Shown: positions 8,868 to 18,194 of the stretch, one piece after another | Layout of the letters: every line of letters begins with the position of its first letter | Position numbering within the stretch: position 1 is the first letter of the stretch | Assembly: GCA_965368975.1 (NCBI GenBank) | Contig: CBDUPA010000023.1 | Span: 1 to 64,000, forward strand | Length of the DNA: 64,000 nucleotides | Direction: 5' to 3' | Source of the DNA: an uncultured bacterium | GTDB lineage: Bacteria > Acidobacteriota > Thermoanaerobaculia > Multivoradales > JAHZIX01 | Notes under the pieces: model-generated | What the model was told of the DNA's origin: nothing | The model's input: only the letters and a program-made list of their open reading frames with translations | The model's database searches: none | Made by a program: the position numbers and the translations under genes

Positions 8868-10183
8868 CCGGCGGGAAGCGCGAAGCGCGTTGCACCGAGT
8901 GCCGCCGCGGGTCGCGCGAACAGATAGCCTTGCGCCAGCTCGACGTTCATGTCGCGCAGCACCCGGTAATCGTCCGCCGTCTCGACGCCCTCGGCGATCA
9001 CCCGGGCGCCCATCTCGGTGGCCATGGCGAGCAAGCTCTTCATCAGCCTCTGCTTGACCTCGCTCTTGTGCAGCTCGTGGATCAGCGAGCGGTCCACCTT
9101 CAGGTAGTGCGGCTCGACATCGGCCAACGACGACAGCGACGAGTAGCCGGAGCCCATGTCGTCGAGCGCGACCTGCAAGCCGATCAGGCGCAGGGCGGCG
9201 ACGCTGCGGCGGAACTTCTGCCAGGCGGTCATCGCCACCCGCTCGGTGATCTCGATCACGATGTCGCCCGGCTTCAGGCCGATCTTCTCGGCCTGCTCGA
9301 CCAGCGTATAGCCGAACAGTTCCGGGTCCGTGAAGCCAGGGGCCGAGCAGTTCAGGAACAGCTTCTGGGGTGCGCGCAGACCTTCGGCTCCCTGGATCGA
9401 CGCGAGCCGGCACAGACGTTCCAGTTCCAGTATGTGGTCGCTGCGTTCGGCGAAAGTGAACAGCATCTCGGTGGTCTCGAAGACGCCGCCGGACGGAATG
9501 CGGGTCAGGGCTTCGTAGCCCAGCACTTCGCCGGTGTGCAGGTGCACGATGGGCTGGTAGTGAATGTGCACGTCACCGCTGCGCACAATCCGTCGCAGCT
9601 CGCGTAGGCGATCACTGTGCTCGCTCTCGCGCTGGCGCCGGCAGCGGGAGCGGACGTTGTCGATGGCGTGGTAGAGCGCGCGCTCGGCTCGCACCATCGG
9701 TTCCACGAAGACCAGTTCCGAGTCGCTATCGACCGCCAGAGAACGCGTCGATTCGCCGCTCACTTGCACCGTCAGCTGGGCTTCCAGGAACTCCTGCAGT
9801 CGCAGGCGCTGGTGTTCGAGGTAGTGCTGGTGATCCTCGCCGCCAGGTAGGAAGACGAAGAGCACGAACTCGTCGCTGTGACTAGCGTACAGTGCCAAGC
9901 GCCCTTCGGCGTCGAGGTCGTCGCGCCGGAAGCTGTTGACCGCGTTGGCTACCTGCACGAGGAGCTGCTCGAAGGTCTCCCAGCCGTAGATCGACTCCAA
10001 CCGTGCCTCCGCCGACAAATCCAGATAGATCAGGCCCAAACGTCGGCCCTCGGCCAGAGCATCGACCAGATCGGGCAGCAGCGCGGCCAGCACCGGTAGG
10101 CCGGTGGTGTCGTCAACCGCCTGGATGCGCTGCTCGGCGCGCTGGCGTCTCAGGGCCTGGGTGTCGTCGAGGTCCATGCTCAT
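8864..10183 (-). CDS. c-di-GMP phosphodiesterase (degenerate GGDEF + EAL)
   Basis: YQPIV, GYEAL, IEITE, DDMGSGYSS, AEGVE and QGY are intact; the N-terminal domain has HSDEF in place of GGDEF. Confidence 0.88.
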   Translation of the reverse strand: MSMDLDDTQALRRQRAEQRIQAVDDTTGLPVLAALLPDLVDALAEGRRLGLIYLDLSAEARLESIYGWETFEQLLVQVANAVNSFRRDDLDAEGRLALYASHSDEFVLFVFLPGGEDHQHYLEHQRLRLQEFLEAQLTVQVSGESTRSLAVDSDSELVFVEPMVRAERALYHAIDNVRSRCRRQRESEHSDRLRELRRIVRSGDVHIHYQPIVHLHTGEVLGYEALTRIPSGGVFETTEMLFTFAERSDHILELERLCRLASIQGAEGLRAPQKLFLNCSAPGFTDPELFGYTLVEQAEKIGLKPGDIVIEITERVAMTAWQKFRRSVAALRLIGLQVALDDMGSGYSSLSSLADVEPHYLKVDRSLIHELHKSEVKQRLMKSLLAMATEMGARVIAEGVETADDYRVLRDMNVELAQGYLFARPAAALGATRFALPAG

Positions 10184-10192
10184 GAAGGCCGA

Positions 10193-11626
10193 TCAATCTC
10201 CTAGGCGAAAACTCTGTAGTGCCGCCAGCAGTGGATCCGGCGGGGAGTCGCCGAGGATCAGGACGAAGGGTTCGATGTCTCGGTGCGATGGCTGCGTTGA
10301 AAGCTTCCAGTACAGAATACCGCGCAGCGGTCCGCGCGTCACGTCCTGCTCTGCGGTGGCCTGGGTGCGCATTGCATGTACACGATGCAGCGCCTCGACC
10401 GCCCAAGCTCGCTCAAGGCGGTCGACCGGTTGCTCGGCCCACACCAGGGCGCGCTTCTCACCCTCGCCGAGCGGTTCGCCAGCCTCGTTCGTTTCCAGCT
10501 GCGGCGTCCACACGACGGTCATACCATCGCCCGCCCAGGGGGCCAGAGTGCCGTCGCGGCGCGGCGTGTAGCCCAGTTCCGTGAAGACGATCGGCAACTC
10601 CTCGATGCTCTGGTCGCCGCGGAAGGAATCGATGTCGTCGAAGACCTTGCGCCAGCCGGCCTCGAGCCGTGGACGCAGCACCTCGGCGCGCGCCTCGCCT
10701 TCGAGCTGGTGGGCTGCCGGTCCCAGCTCCTGGTCTAGAAAGTGCGTGCGCAGCGGGAAGTAGGCGTTGATGCCGATGACGTCGAGATGCTGCCAGAAAC
10801 CGACCTCGTGGTACTGGTCGAAGTTGGCGGCGTAGGTCAGCGGTCCCGCGTAGTGCTCGCGCACGCCGTCGATCAGCCACACCCAACACTCCTGTAGCAG
10901 CTGGCGCCGGGCGTTGATGCGCGCCAAGCGGTCGGGCGCACCGCCGCCGGTCATCGTCGAGGCCCAGGCACGGTTCTTGGCGATCTCGGCTCGCACCTCG
11001 TCGGCCGCGTCCGGACCGCGCTGCGCCAGGACGTCGCGCAGGTGGATCTGCTGCTGTTCTTCGTCCAGGTAATAGGCCACCAGAGGCGGGATCTCGTCCA
11101 CCGGCAACGTCGACGCCAGCGCGTTCAGTTCGCTCCCCACGCCCAGCAGGTCGACCCCCTCGGCCTGAGCGATCACCGCCCACTCGTTGACGAAGCGGGC
11201 GTAGCGCCGGAACCAGGTGCGTACCTGTTCGTCGGTGCCGGGCATGACCATGCCGTGCCATAGAAAGCGGTTGGCGTCGTACGCGTGATCGAGTGCCAGG
11301 CGCAGGATCAGCACCACTTCGAGCCCTGCCTGCTTGGCCGTGCGGATCTCGTGCAGCACCCACTTGTTGTCTTCGTCGAACCACAGGTGATCGGTGTCCC
11401 AGTTGCCCTGGTGAGCGTAAACCGTCACCGCGACGGTGTTGAGACCGTGCGCGTCGAGCGAGGTCACCCAGGCGTCGTGATCCGGCTCGTTGACCTGGAT
11501 GCCGCCGAGCAGGAAGCTGTCGAGTTTCGTGTCCGTCACGGTGGGTCTTGGGGGCATGGCGTCGGGGGTGTTTTGGGTGCAGGCGGTGAGCAGCAGGAGG
11601 AGCGGGAGAAAGAGGGTCTTGCGCAT
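10193..11626 (-). CDS. Lipoprotein, GH113-like TIM-barrel glycoside hydrolase
   Basis: Lipobox LLTAC; motifs GVGSEL, LTYAANFD, LDVIGINAYFPL, VFTELGY. Confidence 0.65.
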   Translation of the reverse strand: MRKTLFLPLLLLLTACTQNTPDAMPPRPTVTDTKLDSFLLGGIQVNEPDHDAWVTSLDAHGLNTVAVTVYAHQGNWDTDHLWFDEDNKWVLHEIRTAKQAGLEVVLILRLALDHAYDANRFLWHGMVMPGTDEQVRTWFRRYARFVNEWAVIAQAEGVDLLGVGSELNALASTLPVDEIPPLVAYYLDEEQQQIHLRDVLAQRGPDAADEVRAEIAKNRAWASTMTGGGAPDRLARINARRQLLQECWVWLIDGVREHYAGPLTYAANFDQYHEVGFWQHLDVIGINAYFPLRTHFLDQELGPAAHQLEGEARAEVLRPRLEAGWRKVFDDIDSFRGDQSIEELPIVFTELGYTPRRDGTLAPWAGDGMTVVWTPQLETNEAGEPLGEGEKRALVWAEQPVDRLERAWAVEALHRVHAMRTQATAEQDVTRGPLRGILYWKLSTQPSHRDIEPFVLILGDSPPDPLLAALQSFRLGD

Positions 11627-11681
11627 GGCGGGCGATTGTATCGTGGTGCCCCCTGCAGGGGACAGCAGGTACACTGGCACC

Positions 11682-12824
11682 ATGCTTGCCTTCCTCCTCT
11701 CCCTGCTGCTGATTGCGGACACGCCACCTCTACCGCCGGATCCCCCCACGCTTCTCGCCGAGGCTCAGCGTGCCCTGGATGCGGGCGATGCTGCCAGCGC
11801 CGAAGCGAGCTTTCGTCGCTTGCTCGACATCGCCCCCACCTGGGTCGATGCGCACCAGGGGCTGGCGTCGGCGCTCGCGGCGCAGGGAAGGGTGGCCGAG
11901 GCGCGGACACATCTGCTGCAGGTCGCCGGAGCGCTGTGGCAGGTGGAGGCTCTGGAGCCGGCAGTGGCGGTCCTGGAGCAGGGGCTGCAGTTGGCCGGCA
12001 CACCCATCGAGACGGTACCGTTCCATGGCTTGTTGGGGAGGATTCTCAGTCGGCAGCGAGCGTATCCCGACGCCGTCGAGCACCTGCGGACTGCGTTGGA
12101 AGCCCTGCCCGCGGCGGCGGGGCAGCGAGAGCTGGAAGAGGAGCTTCTTCGTCTGCGGCTCTATCTGGGTGCCGCGCTGTGGGAAAGTGGGCGTCCCGGT
12201 GCGGCGGAAGGCGTGTTGCAGGAAGCAGTGGCACGGCCGGGTGTGTGGCAGCTGTCCGCAGCGCCGACCGCGGTGTACCAGTTGGGACGGCTGCAGCTGT
12301 GGCAGGGGCGAGCGCGGGAGGCAGCCTCGTCGCTGCTTGCTGTCGCCGAGCGTCGACCCGAAGATCCGGCCGTGCAACTCGATCTTGGACGTGCCTACGA
12401 AACTGTCAAGAACCTGCAGGGTGCTCTCGCCGCCTTCGAGCGCGCTGCCGAGCTGGCGCCGCAGTCGTCAGCGCCGCACTATGGCTTGGCGCGTGTCTAC
12501 CAGCTCCAGCGCAACCCAGAAGCCGCGCAGGCTGCCATGGCGCGCTACCGCGAACTCCTTGCCGCCGAGCAACAGCGCCGCCGTGACGCCGGGCGCCAGC
12601 GAGCGGCGCTGGATCAAGGTTGGGTGTTGCTGCGCGAGGGGAAGGCTGTGGCCGCGGCGGCGCAGTTCAGTGGATTGCTGGACAGCGTCGAGGCGCTGGT
12701 GGGGGCGGCGGCGGCGTACCAGACGCTGGGAGAGATCGAGACGGCGGTCGAGAAGCTGGAGCGGGCCGTCGTGCTGGCGCCGGAGCGGGAGGACTTGCGC
12801 TTGAGGCTGGCCGATCTGAAGTAG
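11682..12824 (+). CDS. Exported tetratricopeptide repeat protein
   Basis: Hydrophobic N-terminus MLAFLLSLLLIA; multiple TPR motifs (AVYQLGRL, LDLGRAY, HYGLARVY). Confidence 0.8.
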   Translation: MLAFLLSLLLIADTPPLPPDPPTLLAEAQRALDAGDAASAEASFRRLLDIAPTWVDAHQGLASALAAQGRVAEARTHLLQVAGALWQVEALEPAVAVLEQGLQLAGTPIETVPFHGLLGRILSRQRAYPDAVEHLRTALEALPAAAGQRELEEELLRLRLYLGAALWESGRPGAAEGVLQEAVARPGVWQLSAAPTAVYQLGRLQLWQGRAREAASSLLAVAERRPEDPAVQLDLGRAYETVKNLQGALAAFERAAELAPQSSAPHYGLARVYQLQRNPEAAQAAMARYRELLAAEQQRRRDAGRQRAALDQGWVLLREGKAVAAAAQFSGLLDSVEALVGAAAAYQTLGEIETAVEKLERAVVLAPEREDLRLRLADLK

Positions 12825-14123
12825 CTACGGTAGCAGCTTGCGCTCCTTCGCCGTCCGCTCCAAATCCTCTCGGAAGTCTGGATGCGCGATGCCGATCAAG
12901 GCCTCGACCCGCTGGCGCAGATTGCGGCCGAAGAGGTTCGCGGCGCCGAATTCGGTGACCACGTAGTGGACGTCGGCGCGGCTGGTGACGACGCCGGAGC
13001 CGGGTTTGAGTTCTGGTACGATCCGGCTCAGGGTTCCACGCTTGGCGGTGGCGGGCAGGGCGATGATCGGCTTGCCGCCTTTGGAGCGCGCGGCACCGCG
13101 GATGAAGTCGACCTGGCCGCCGAAGCCGGAGTAGATGTAGGTACCCATCGAGTCCGAGCAAACCTGCCCCGTCAGGTCGACCTCGATCGCCGAGTTGACG
13201 GCGACGAGATTGTCGTTCTGACTGGCCACGAACGGGTCGTTGACGTGATCGACCGGGTGGGCCTCGATCAGCGGGTTGTTGTCGAGGAAGTCGTACAGGG
13301 TCTCGGTGCCGAGTGCGAAGGTGACGATGACCTTGCCCGGGTGCAGGCTCTTGCGGTTGCCAGTGACGACGCCGCGTTCGATGGCGGCCATGGCGCCATC
13401 GGAGATCATCTCGGTGTGGATGCCCAGATCCATGGGGCCGTCGAGGGCGGCGTAGACGGCGTCGGGGATGCCGCCGATGCCCATCTGCATGGTGGCGCCT
13501 GGCTGGATCAGGCTCAGCACGTGACGGCCGATGGCGGTTTCGACCTCGCTCGGTGGCTTGGGCTGTAGCTCGGGCAGGGGCTCGGTGGCCTCGACGAAGG
13601 CGTCGACGCGGTTGACGTGCAGAAAGGAGTCGCCGAGCACGCGCGGCATATTCTCGTTGACCTGTACGATCACCTTCTTGGCTTGCTGGCAGGCCGTCTT
13701 GGACGCCAGCACCTCGACGCCGAGGCTGAGGAAGCCGTGTTCGTCAGGCGGCGAGCACTGCACCATGGCGACATCGAGTGGCACGATGCCGTCGCGGAAC
13801 AGGCGCGGGATCTGGTGCAGGAAGATCGGTGTGTAGTCGGCGCGGCCGTCGTTGACCGCCTGGCGATCTGCGGGGCCGACGAAGAGGGAGTTGTGGCGGA
13901 AGTGCCCTTCCATGCCCGGCGCCGACAGCGGATCGTCTCCGAGCAGCAACACGTGGCTCAGCTGCACGTTCTCCAACGCGTCGCGCTGCTGCGCCAGCGC
14001 GCGGACCAGGGTTTGTGGAATGGCGGCATTGCCGCCGTAGTAGACGCTGTCACCACTCTGCACGAGCGAGACGGCTTCTATCGGGGTCTTGAGCTTGGCT
14101 TTGTAGTCGTCCAGCCACTTCAT
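12825..14123 (-). CDS. Acetyl-CoA hydrolase / 4-hydroxybutyrate CoA-transferase family
   Basis: QMGIGGIP, GIHTEMISDG, SGFGGQVDF, VVTEFG. Confidence 0.92.
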   Translation of the reverse strand: MKWLDDYKAKLKTPIEAVSLVQSGDSVYYGGNAAIPQTLVRALAQQRDALENVQLSHVLLLGDDPLSAPGMEGHFRHNSLFVGPADRQAVNDGRADYTPIFLHQIPRLFRDGIVPLDVAMVQCSPPDEHGFLSLGVEVLASKTACQQAKKVIVQVNENMPRVLGDSFLHVNRVDAFVEATEPLPELQPKPPSEVETAIGRHVLSLIQPGATMQMGIGGIPDAVYAALDGPMDLGIHTEMISDGAMAAIERGVVTGNRKSLHPGKVIVTFALGTETLYDFLDNNPLIEAHPVDHVNDPFVASQNDNLVAVNSAIEVDLTGQVCSDSMGTYIYSGFGGQVDFIRGAARSKGGKPIIALPATAKRGTLSRIVPELKPGSGVVTSRADVHYVVTEFGAANLFGRNLRQRVEALIGIAHPDFREDLERTAKERKLLP

Positions 14124-15253
14124 GGCGTCGGAGCTTCCTTCTGCAACAGGAGGTCGAGCTGTTCAGCCGGCAGATCGAGCGTATCGGCGGCGTCGCGATG
14201 GACCAAGCAGCCCCGGTAGAGGTAGACGCCCTGGCGCAGGCCAGCGTCGGCGCGTAGCGCTGCGGCGCCGTCCGCAGCCAGAGCGGTGAGGGTGGGCAGC
14301 GCGGCGTTGGCGAGCGCGCGGCAAGCGGTGCGGGCGATGTTGGCCGTCATGTTGGGCACACAGTAGTGAATCACGCCGTGCGCTTCAAAGGTCGGATGCT
14401 GCAGATTCGTCGGCCGGCTGGTCTCGACGCAGCCGCCCTGGTCGACGGCGACGTCAATGATCACGCTGCCCGGTTTCATGCCGCGCACCATTTCCTCGCT
14501 GAGCACGAAGGGGGCCCGCCGGCCGGGGATCAGGACCGCTCCTATGACGACGTCGGCGATGGTGGCGAAGCGAGCCAGCCGCTGCTGTCCAGGCGTTGCT
14601 GTGACGACCTGGCCGTGCAGCTCTTGGTTGAGGTGGCGCAGCTTGCTGAGGTCGTGGTCCACCACGATGACGTGCGCACCGATGGCCGCTGCCTGGCGCG
14701 CGGCGGTGCTGCCAACGGTGCCGGCGCCCAGGATCAGAACGGTCGGTGGTGGCACGCCAGGCACATTGCCAAGCAGGATCCCGCGTCCGCCGGATTCGTT
14801 CTGTAGATGGTACGCGGCCGTGTGCACGGCCAGTTGACCGGCCAGTTCCGACAGTGGCAGTAGCACCGGCATGCCACCCTCGGCGTCGCGGACGATCTCG
14901 TAGCCGATCACGGTGGCTTCCAGCTGCTGCAGGGTCTCGACGTGCGCTCGCGGTGCCACGGCCAGATGGTGGAAGCCGCAAATCCACTGGCCGGGACGCA
15001 GCAGATCCAGTTCGTCGGCACTCAGGGGGCCGACCCGTGCCAGCAAGTCGGGACGGCCATAGGCTTCGTCCCGGTCGTAGACGATGCGGGCGCCTGCTTG
15101 CTGATAGTCGGCGTCCCGAAAGTGGGCATCGTTGCCCGCGCCAGCTTCGATCAGCACCTCGTGGCCTTGGCGGCACAGGTGGCCGGCTGCGGACGGGGTC
15201 AATCCAACTCTGTGTTCGTGGCGGTGGCTCTCGCGGGGCACTCCGATCAGCAT
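14120..15253 (-). CDS. ald: Alanine dehydrogenase
   Basis: MLIGVPRE, GRGILLG, GAGTVG, DVAVDQGGCVET, HYCVPNM; 4-bp overlap with the CoA-transferase gene. Confidence 0.88.
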   Translation of the reverse strand: MLIGVPRESHRHEHRVGLTPSAAGHLCRQGHEVLIEAGAGNDAHFRDADYQQAGARIVYDRDEAYGRPDLLARVGPLSADELDLLRPGQWICGFHHLAVAPRAHVETLQQLEATVIGYEIVRDAEGGMPVLLPLSELAGQLAVHTAAYHLQNESGGRGILLGNVPGVPPPTVLILGAGTVGSTAARQAAAIGAHVIVVDHDLSKLRHLNQELHGQVVTATPGQQRLARFATIADVVIGAVLIPGRRAPFVLSEEMVRGMKPGSVIIDVAVDQGGCVETSRPTNLQHPTFEAHGVIHYCVPNMTANIARTACRALANAALPTLTALAADGAAALRADAGLRQGVYLYRGCLVHRDAADTLDLPAEQLDLLLQKEAPTP

Positions 15254-15331
15254 AGTGACTCCTGGCGAAACGCTATCACGCGATCCACGATCTTCCGAAC
15301 AAGAGATTCGAGAGCAGAGGAGTCCAGAGAC

Positions 15332-15367
15332 AAAAAAGGCGGGTGCGGTGCCGGTTACCGCGCCCGC
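15332..15367 (-). terminator. Intrinsic terminator in the ald upstream region
   Basis: Minus strand gcgggcgcggt-aaccggc-accgcacccgc followed by cT6. Confidence 0.7.
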
Positions 15368-15462
15368 ATTTCCCCACGGAAGGGGTGGTTGTCGGACTCA
15401 ACAAAGTCATAGTACAGAGACAGGAGTTTTGCGAAACCCCTCCCGTGGGTGGTCTTGTGTCT

Positions 15463-15498
15463 GCCTTCGGGCCAACCCTTTGGGGTGGGCCCGAAGGC
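15463..15498. terminator. Stem-loop downstream of the ADOP permease
   Basis: gccttcgggcc...ggcccgaaggc, an 11-bp perfect stem. Confidence 0.6.
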
Positions 15499-15531
15499 GA
15501 CAGTGCCGCTGTGGTGCGGGGGCGGCTGACG

Positions 15532-17940
15532 CTACTCGGTGCGCAGCGCGATCACCGGATCGACGCGCGCGGCCCGACGGGCCGGCACCAGGCATGCCAG
15601 GTGGGCGACCAGCATCAGGAGCAGGGTCATGCCGGCGAAGCTCACCACATCGGTCGTCTGAACTTCGAAGAGGAGCTCACTGAGCAGGCTGCTGGCGACC
15701 TGCGCTGCAGCCCAGGTAGCGATCAGGCCGACGGCGACGCCGGAGGCTACCAGGCGTGTGCTCTGCTGCAGGACCAAGCGCAGCACGTCACGGGTGCGAG
15801 CGCCGATGGCCATGCGCACGCCGATTTCCTGGGTGCGCTGCGCCACGGAGTAGGACACCACGCCATAGAGCCCGATGCTGGCCAGCATGAGGGCGAGCAA
15901 GGCGAAGAGGCTGGTCAGGATGGCGTAGAAGCGTGGCCTTGACGTCGAGCCCCGGACCAGGTCGCGGAGCAGGAAGGAGCGCCAGATCGGCTGGTACGGA
16001 GCGACAGCCCACAACTGCTCCTGTGCCAGGGAGAGCATGCGCTGCGGATCGCTGGTGGTCCGTGCCACGAAGCTCATGGTGCCGCCAGTGCTCTGGGTGA
16101 ACGGCTGGTAGAGTTCCGGTGTGGGGGCCATGGCCATGCCGTCCTGACGCACGTCGTTGACCACGCCGACGATGGTGATCGGCTGCTCGTAGATGTTGAC
16201 GATCTGGGCGCCGAGCGGGTCTGCGCCGTTGAAGAAGCGGTCGACGGCGGTCTGGTTGAGTAGGGCCACCTTCGGTGCGCCGCCGCGGTCGTCGTTGTTG
16301 AACAGGCGTCCGCGTAGCAGGCGCATGCGGAGCGTCGTCAAGTAGCCGGAGTCAACCGCGTTGTAGCCGATCTGCTCTTTCTCGTCCTCGCTGCGGCCGG
16401 CGAAACAAACCGGCATAGAGCCACCCTGGATCACGCTCAGCGGTACCGCATTGGTGAGGCCGGCGGACTCGATCCCGGGCAGCGCGCGCAATCTCTCCAA
16501 GACTTGTTCGCCGAAGGCCAGCTGTTGCGCCGGCTCGCGGTAGCGCTCACCGTAGGCGAAGACCTGCAGGACCAGCACGGATTCGGCGTCGTAGCCGGGG
16601 TCTTGTAAGGCGAGCTTGCCGAAACTCCGCAGCATCAAACCTGCACCGATCAGCAGGAGCAGTGACAGGGCAACCTGGGCGATGGTCAGCGTGCTGCGAC
16701 TGCGCAGGCCGCGGCGGTCACCTTGGACCGCGCGGTCGTTGCCGCGCAAGGTGTCGTTCAAGTCGAGGCGGGAGGCCTGCAGCGCCGGAATCAGGCCGAA
16801 GAATAGGCCGGAGACGAGGGACACGCCGACAGTGAACAGCAAGACTTGGCGATCGATCCCTACCTCGTGGACGCGTGGCAGGTCCGGTGCCGCGGCCAGG
16901 AGCAAGTCGAGTCCCCAGAGGGCTAGCAACAGGCCCAGGCCGCCGCCGATCAGGGCGAGCAGCACGCTCTCGGTGAGCAGCAAGCGCAGCAGGCGTCGTC
17001 GCGAGGCACCGAAGGCGGCACGAAGGGCCACCTCCCGGCGGCGTGTGGCACCGCGCGCCAGCAGCAGGTTGGCGACATTGACGCAGGCGATCAGCAGTAC
17101 CAGTACGGTAGCGCCGAGCAGCGCCCACAGGGCCGGCCGTACCGGCTGTACCAAGTTTTCCTGGACGCTGACGGTGCGGATCGTCCAGCCTTGGTTGCTC
17201 TCTGGATACTGTTCCTGCAAGGCGGCGGCCAGGTTGGTGAGTTCGCTTTGCGCTTGCTTGAGTGTGACCCCGGGAGCCAGACGGGCGAAGGTGTTCAGGC
17301 CGCGATTGTCGCGCGGCAGGTGTTCTGGGTGGAGCGTGTGAGGAGCATAGACTTCGATACCCAGGACTGGGAAGTCGACCGTCGGCGGCAGCACGCCGAT
17401 GACCGAGTAGTCGACGTTGTCCAGGTTGAGTGTTTGCCCGACCAGGCCGGGATCGCCGCCGAATTGCCGTTGCCAGAACCCGTGCCCCAGCAGCACTACG
17501 CGGTCCTTGCCCGGTTCTTCTTCCTCGGGCGCGAAGAGGCGGCCGTGCAGCGGTTCGACACCGAGCTGGTGCAGCAGTCCGGGCGTCACCAGCACGGTCG
17601 ACAGTTCGCGTGGCTGTTCCTCTCCGGTCAGCGCCAGGCCGTACCAATTCTGGACACCCATGTACTGCAGCGTTTGTGTCCGTTCCCTCAGGTCGACGAA
17701 GTCGGCGGGGGACACGCCGGCCTGAAAGATACTCTGGTCTGCCTTCTCGGCGAACACGTGCACCAGGCGGTCGGGTTCCGGGTAGGGCAGCGGAGTCAGC
17801 AGTACCGCGTGTACGACGCTGAACAAGGCCGTCGTCGTACCGATGCCGAGCGCCAGCGTCAAGACGGCAATGACGGTGATCGAGCCATTCTTGCGCAGGG
17901 TGCGGAAAGCGTAGACGAGGTCGGCGCGCAGGGTGTCCAT
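15532..17940 (-). CDS. ABC permease, ADOP-type (duplicated MacB/FtsX orphan permease)
   Basis: MDTLRADLVYAFRTLRK, LALGIG, LIACVNVANLLLAR, RTQEIGVRMAIGA, PARRAARVDPVIALRTE; no adjacent ATPase. Confidence 0.92.
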   Translation of the reverse strand: MDTLRADLVYAFRTLRKNGSITVIAVLTLALGIGTTTALFSVVHAVLLTPLPYPEPDRLVHVFAEKADQSIFQAGVSPADFVDLRERTQTLQYMGVQNWYGLALTGEEQPRELSTVLVTPGLLHQLGVEPLHGRLFAPEEEEPGKDRVVLLGHGFWQRQFGGDPGLVGQTLNLDNVDYSVIGVLPPTVDFPVLGIEVYAPHTLHPEHLPRDNRGLNTFARLAPGVTLKQAQSELTNLAAALQEQYPESNQGWTIRTVSVQENLVQPVRPALWALLGATVLVLLIACVNVANLLLARGATRRREVALRAAFGASRRRLLRLLLTESVLLALIGGGLGLLLALWGLDLLLAAAPDLPRVHEVGIDRQVLLFTVGVSLVSGLFFGLIPALQASRLDLNDTLRGNDRAVQGDRRGLRSRSTLTIAQVALSLLLLIGAGLMLRSFGKLALQDPGYDAESVLVLQVFAYGERYREPAQQLAFGEQVLERLRALPGIESAGLTNAVPLSVIQGGSMPVCFAGRSEDEKEQIGYNAVDSGYLTTLRMRLLRGRLFNNDDRGGAPKVALLNQTAVDRFFNGADPLGAQIVNIYEQPITIVGVVNDVRQDGMAMAPTPELYQPFTQSTGGTMSFVARTTSDPQRMLSLAQEQLWAVAPYQPIWRSFLLRDLVRGSTSRPRFYAILTSLFALLALMLASIGLYGVVSYSVAQRTQEIGVRMAIGARTRDVLRLVLQQSTRLVASGVAVGLIATWAAAQVASSLLSELLFEVQTTDVVSFAGMTLLLMLVAHLACLVPARRAARVDPVIALRTE

Positions 17941-18122
17941 CGATGTCTCCTTCGGGGCGGTTCTCGGTCGGAGTACCGACATTGCACGATCCGTGCCGGG
18001 CTGGAAGTCCCTGGCTCCGGGTGGCGCCTCGCGGCGAGTGTCCGTTTTCGGACAGGTACCGATCGGATTGCCGACAGCTGCAGGCATGTGTGAGTGCGGA
18101 CATCCGATTCTGTTACACGAGA

Positions 18123-18151
18123 AAGCCCGGCCCCGCGACGCGGAACCGGGC
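18123..18151 (-). terminator. Terminator-like hairpin after the nuclease gene
   Basis: agcccgg...ccgggct inverted repeat with a short T-run on the minus strand. Confidence 0.5.
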
Positions 18152-18194
18152 TCGTTCGAAGTCAGTACGGTCTTACCGCGTGATCAGGGAGAGA

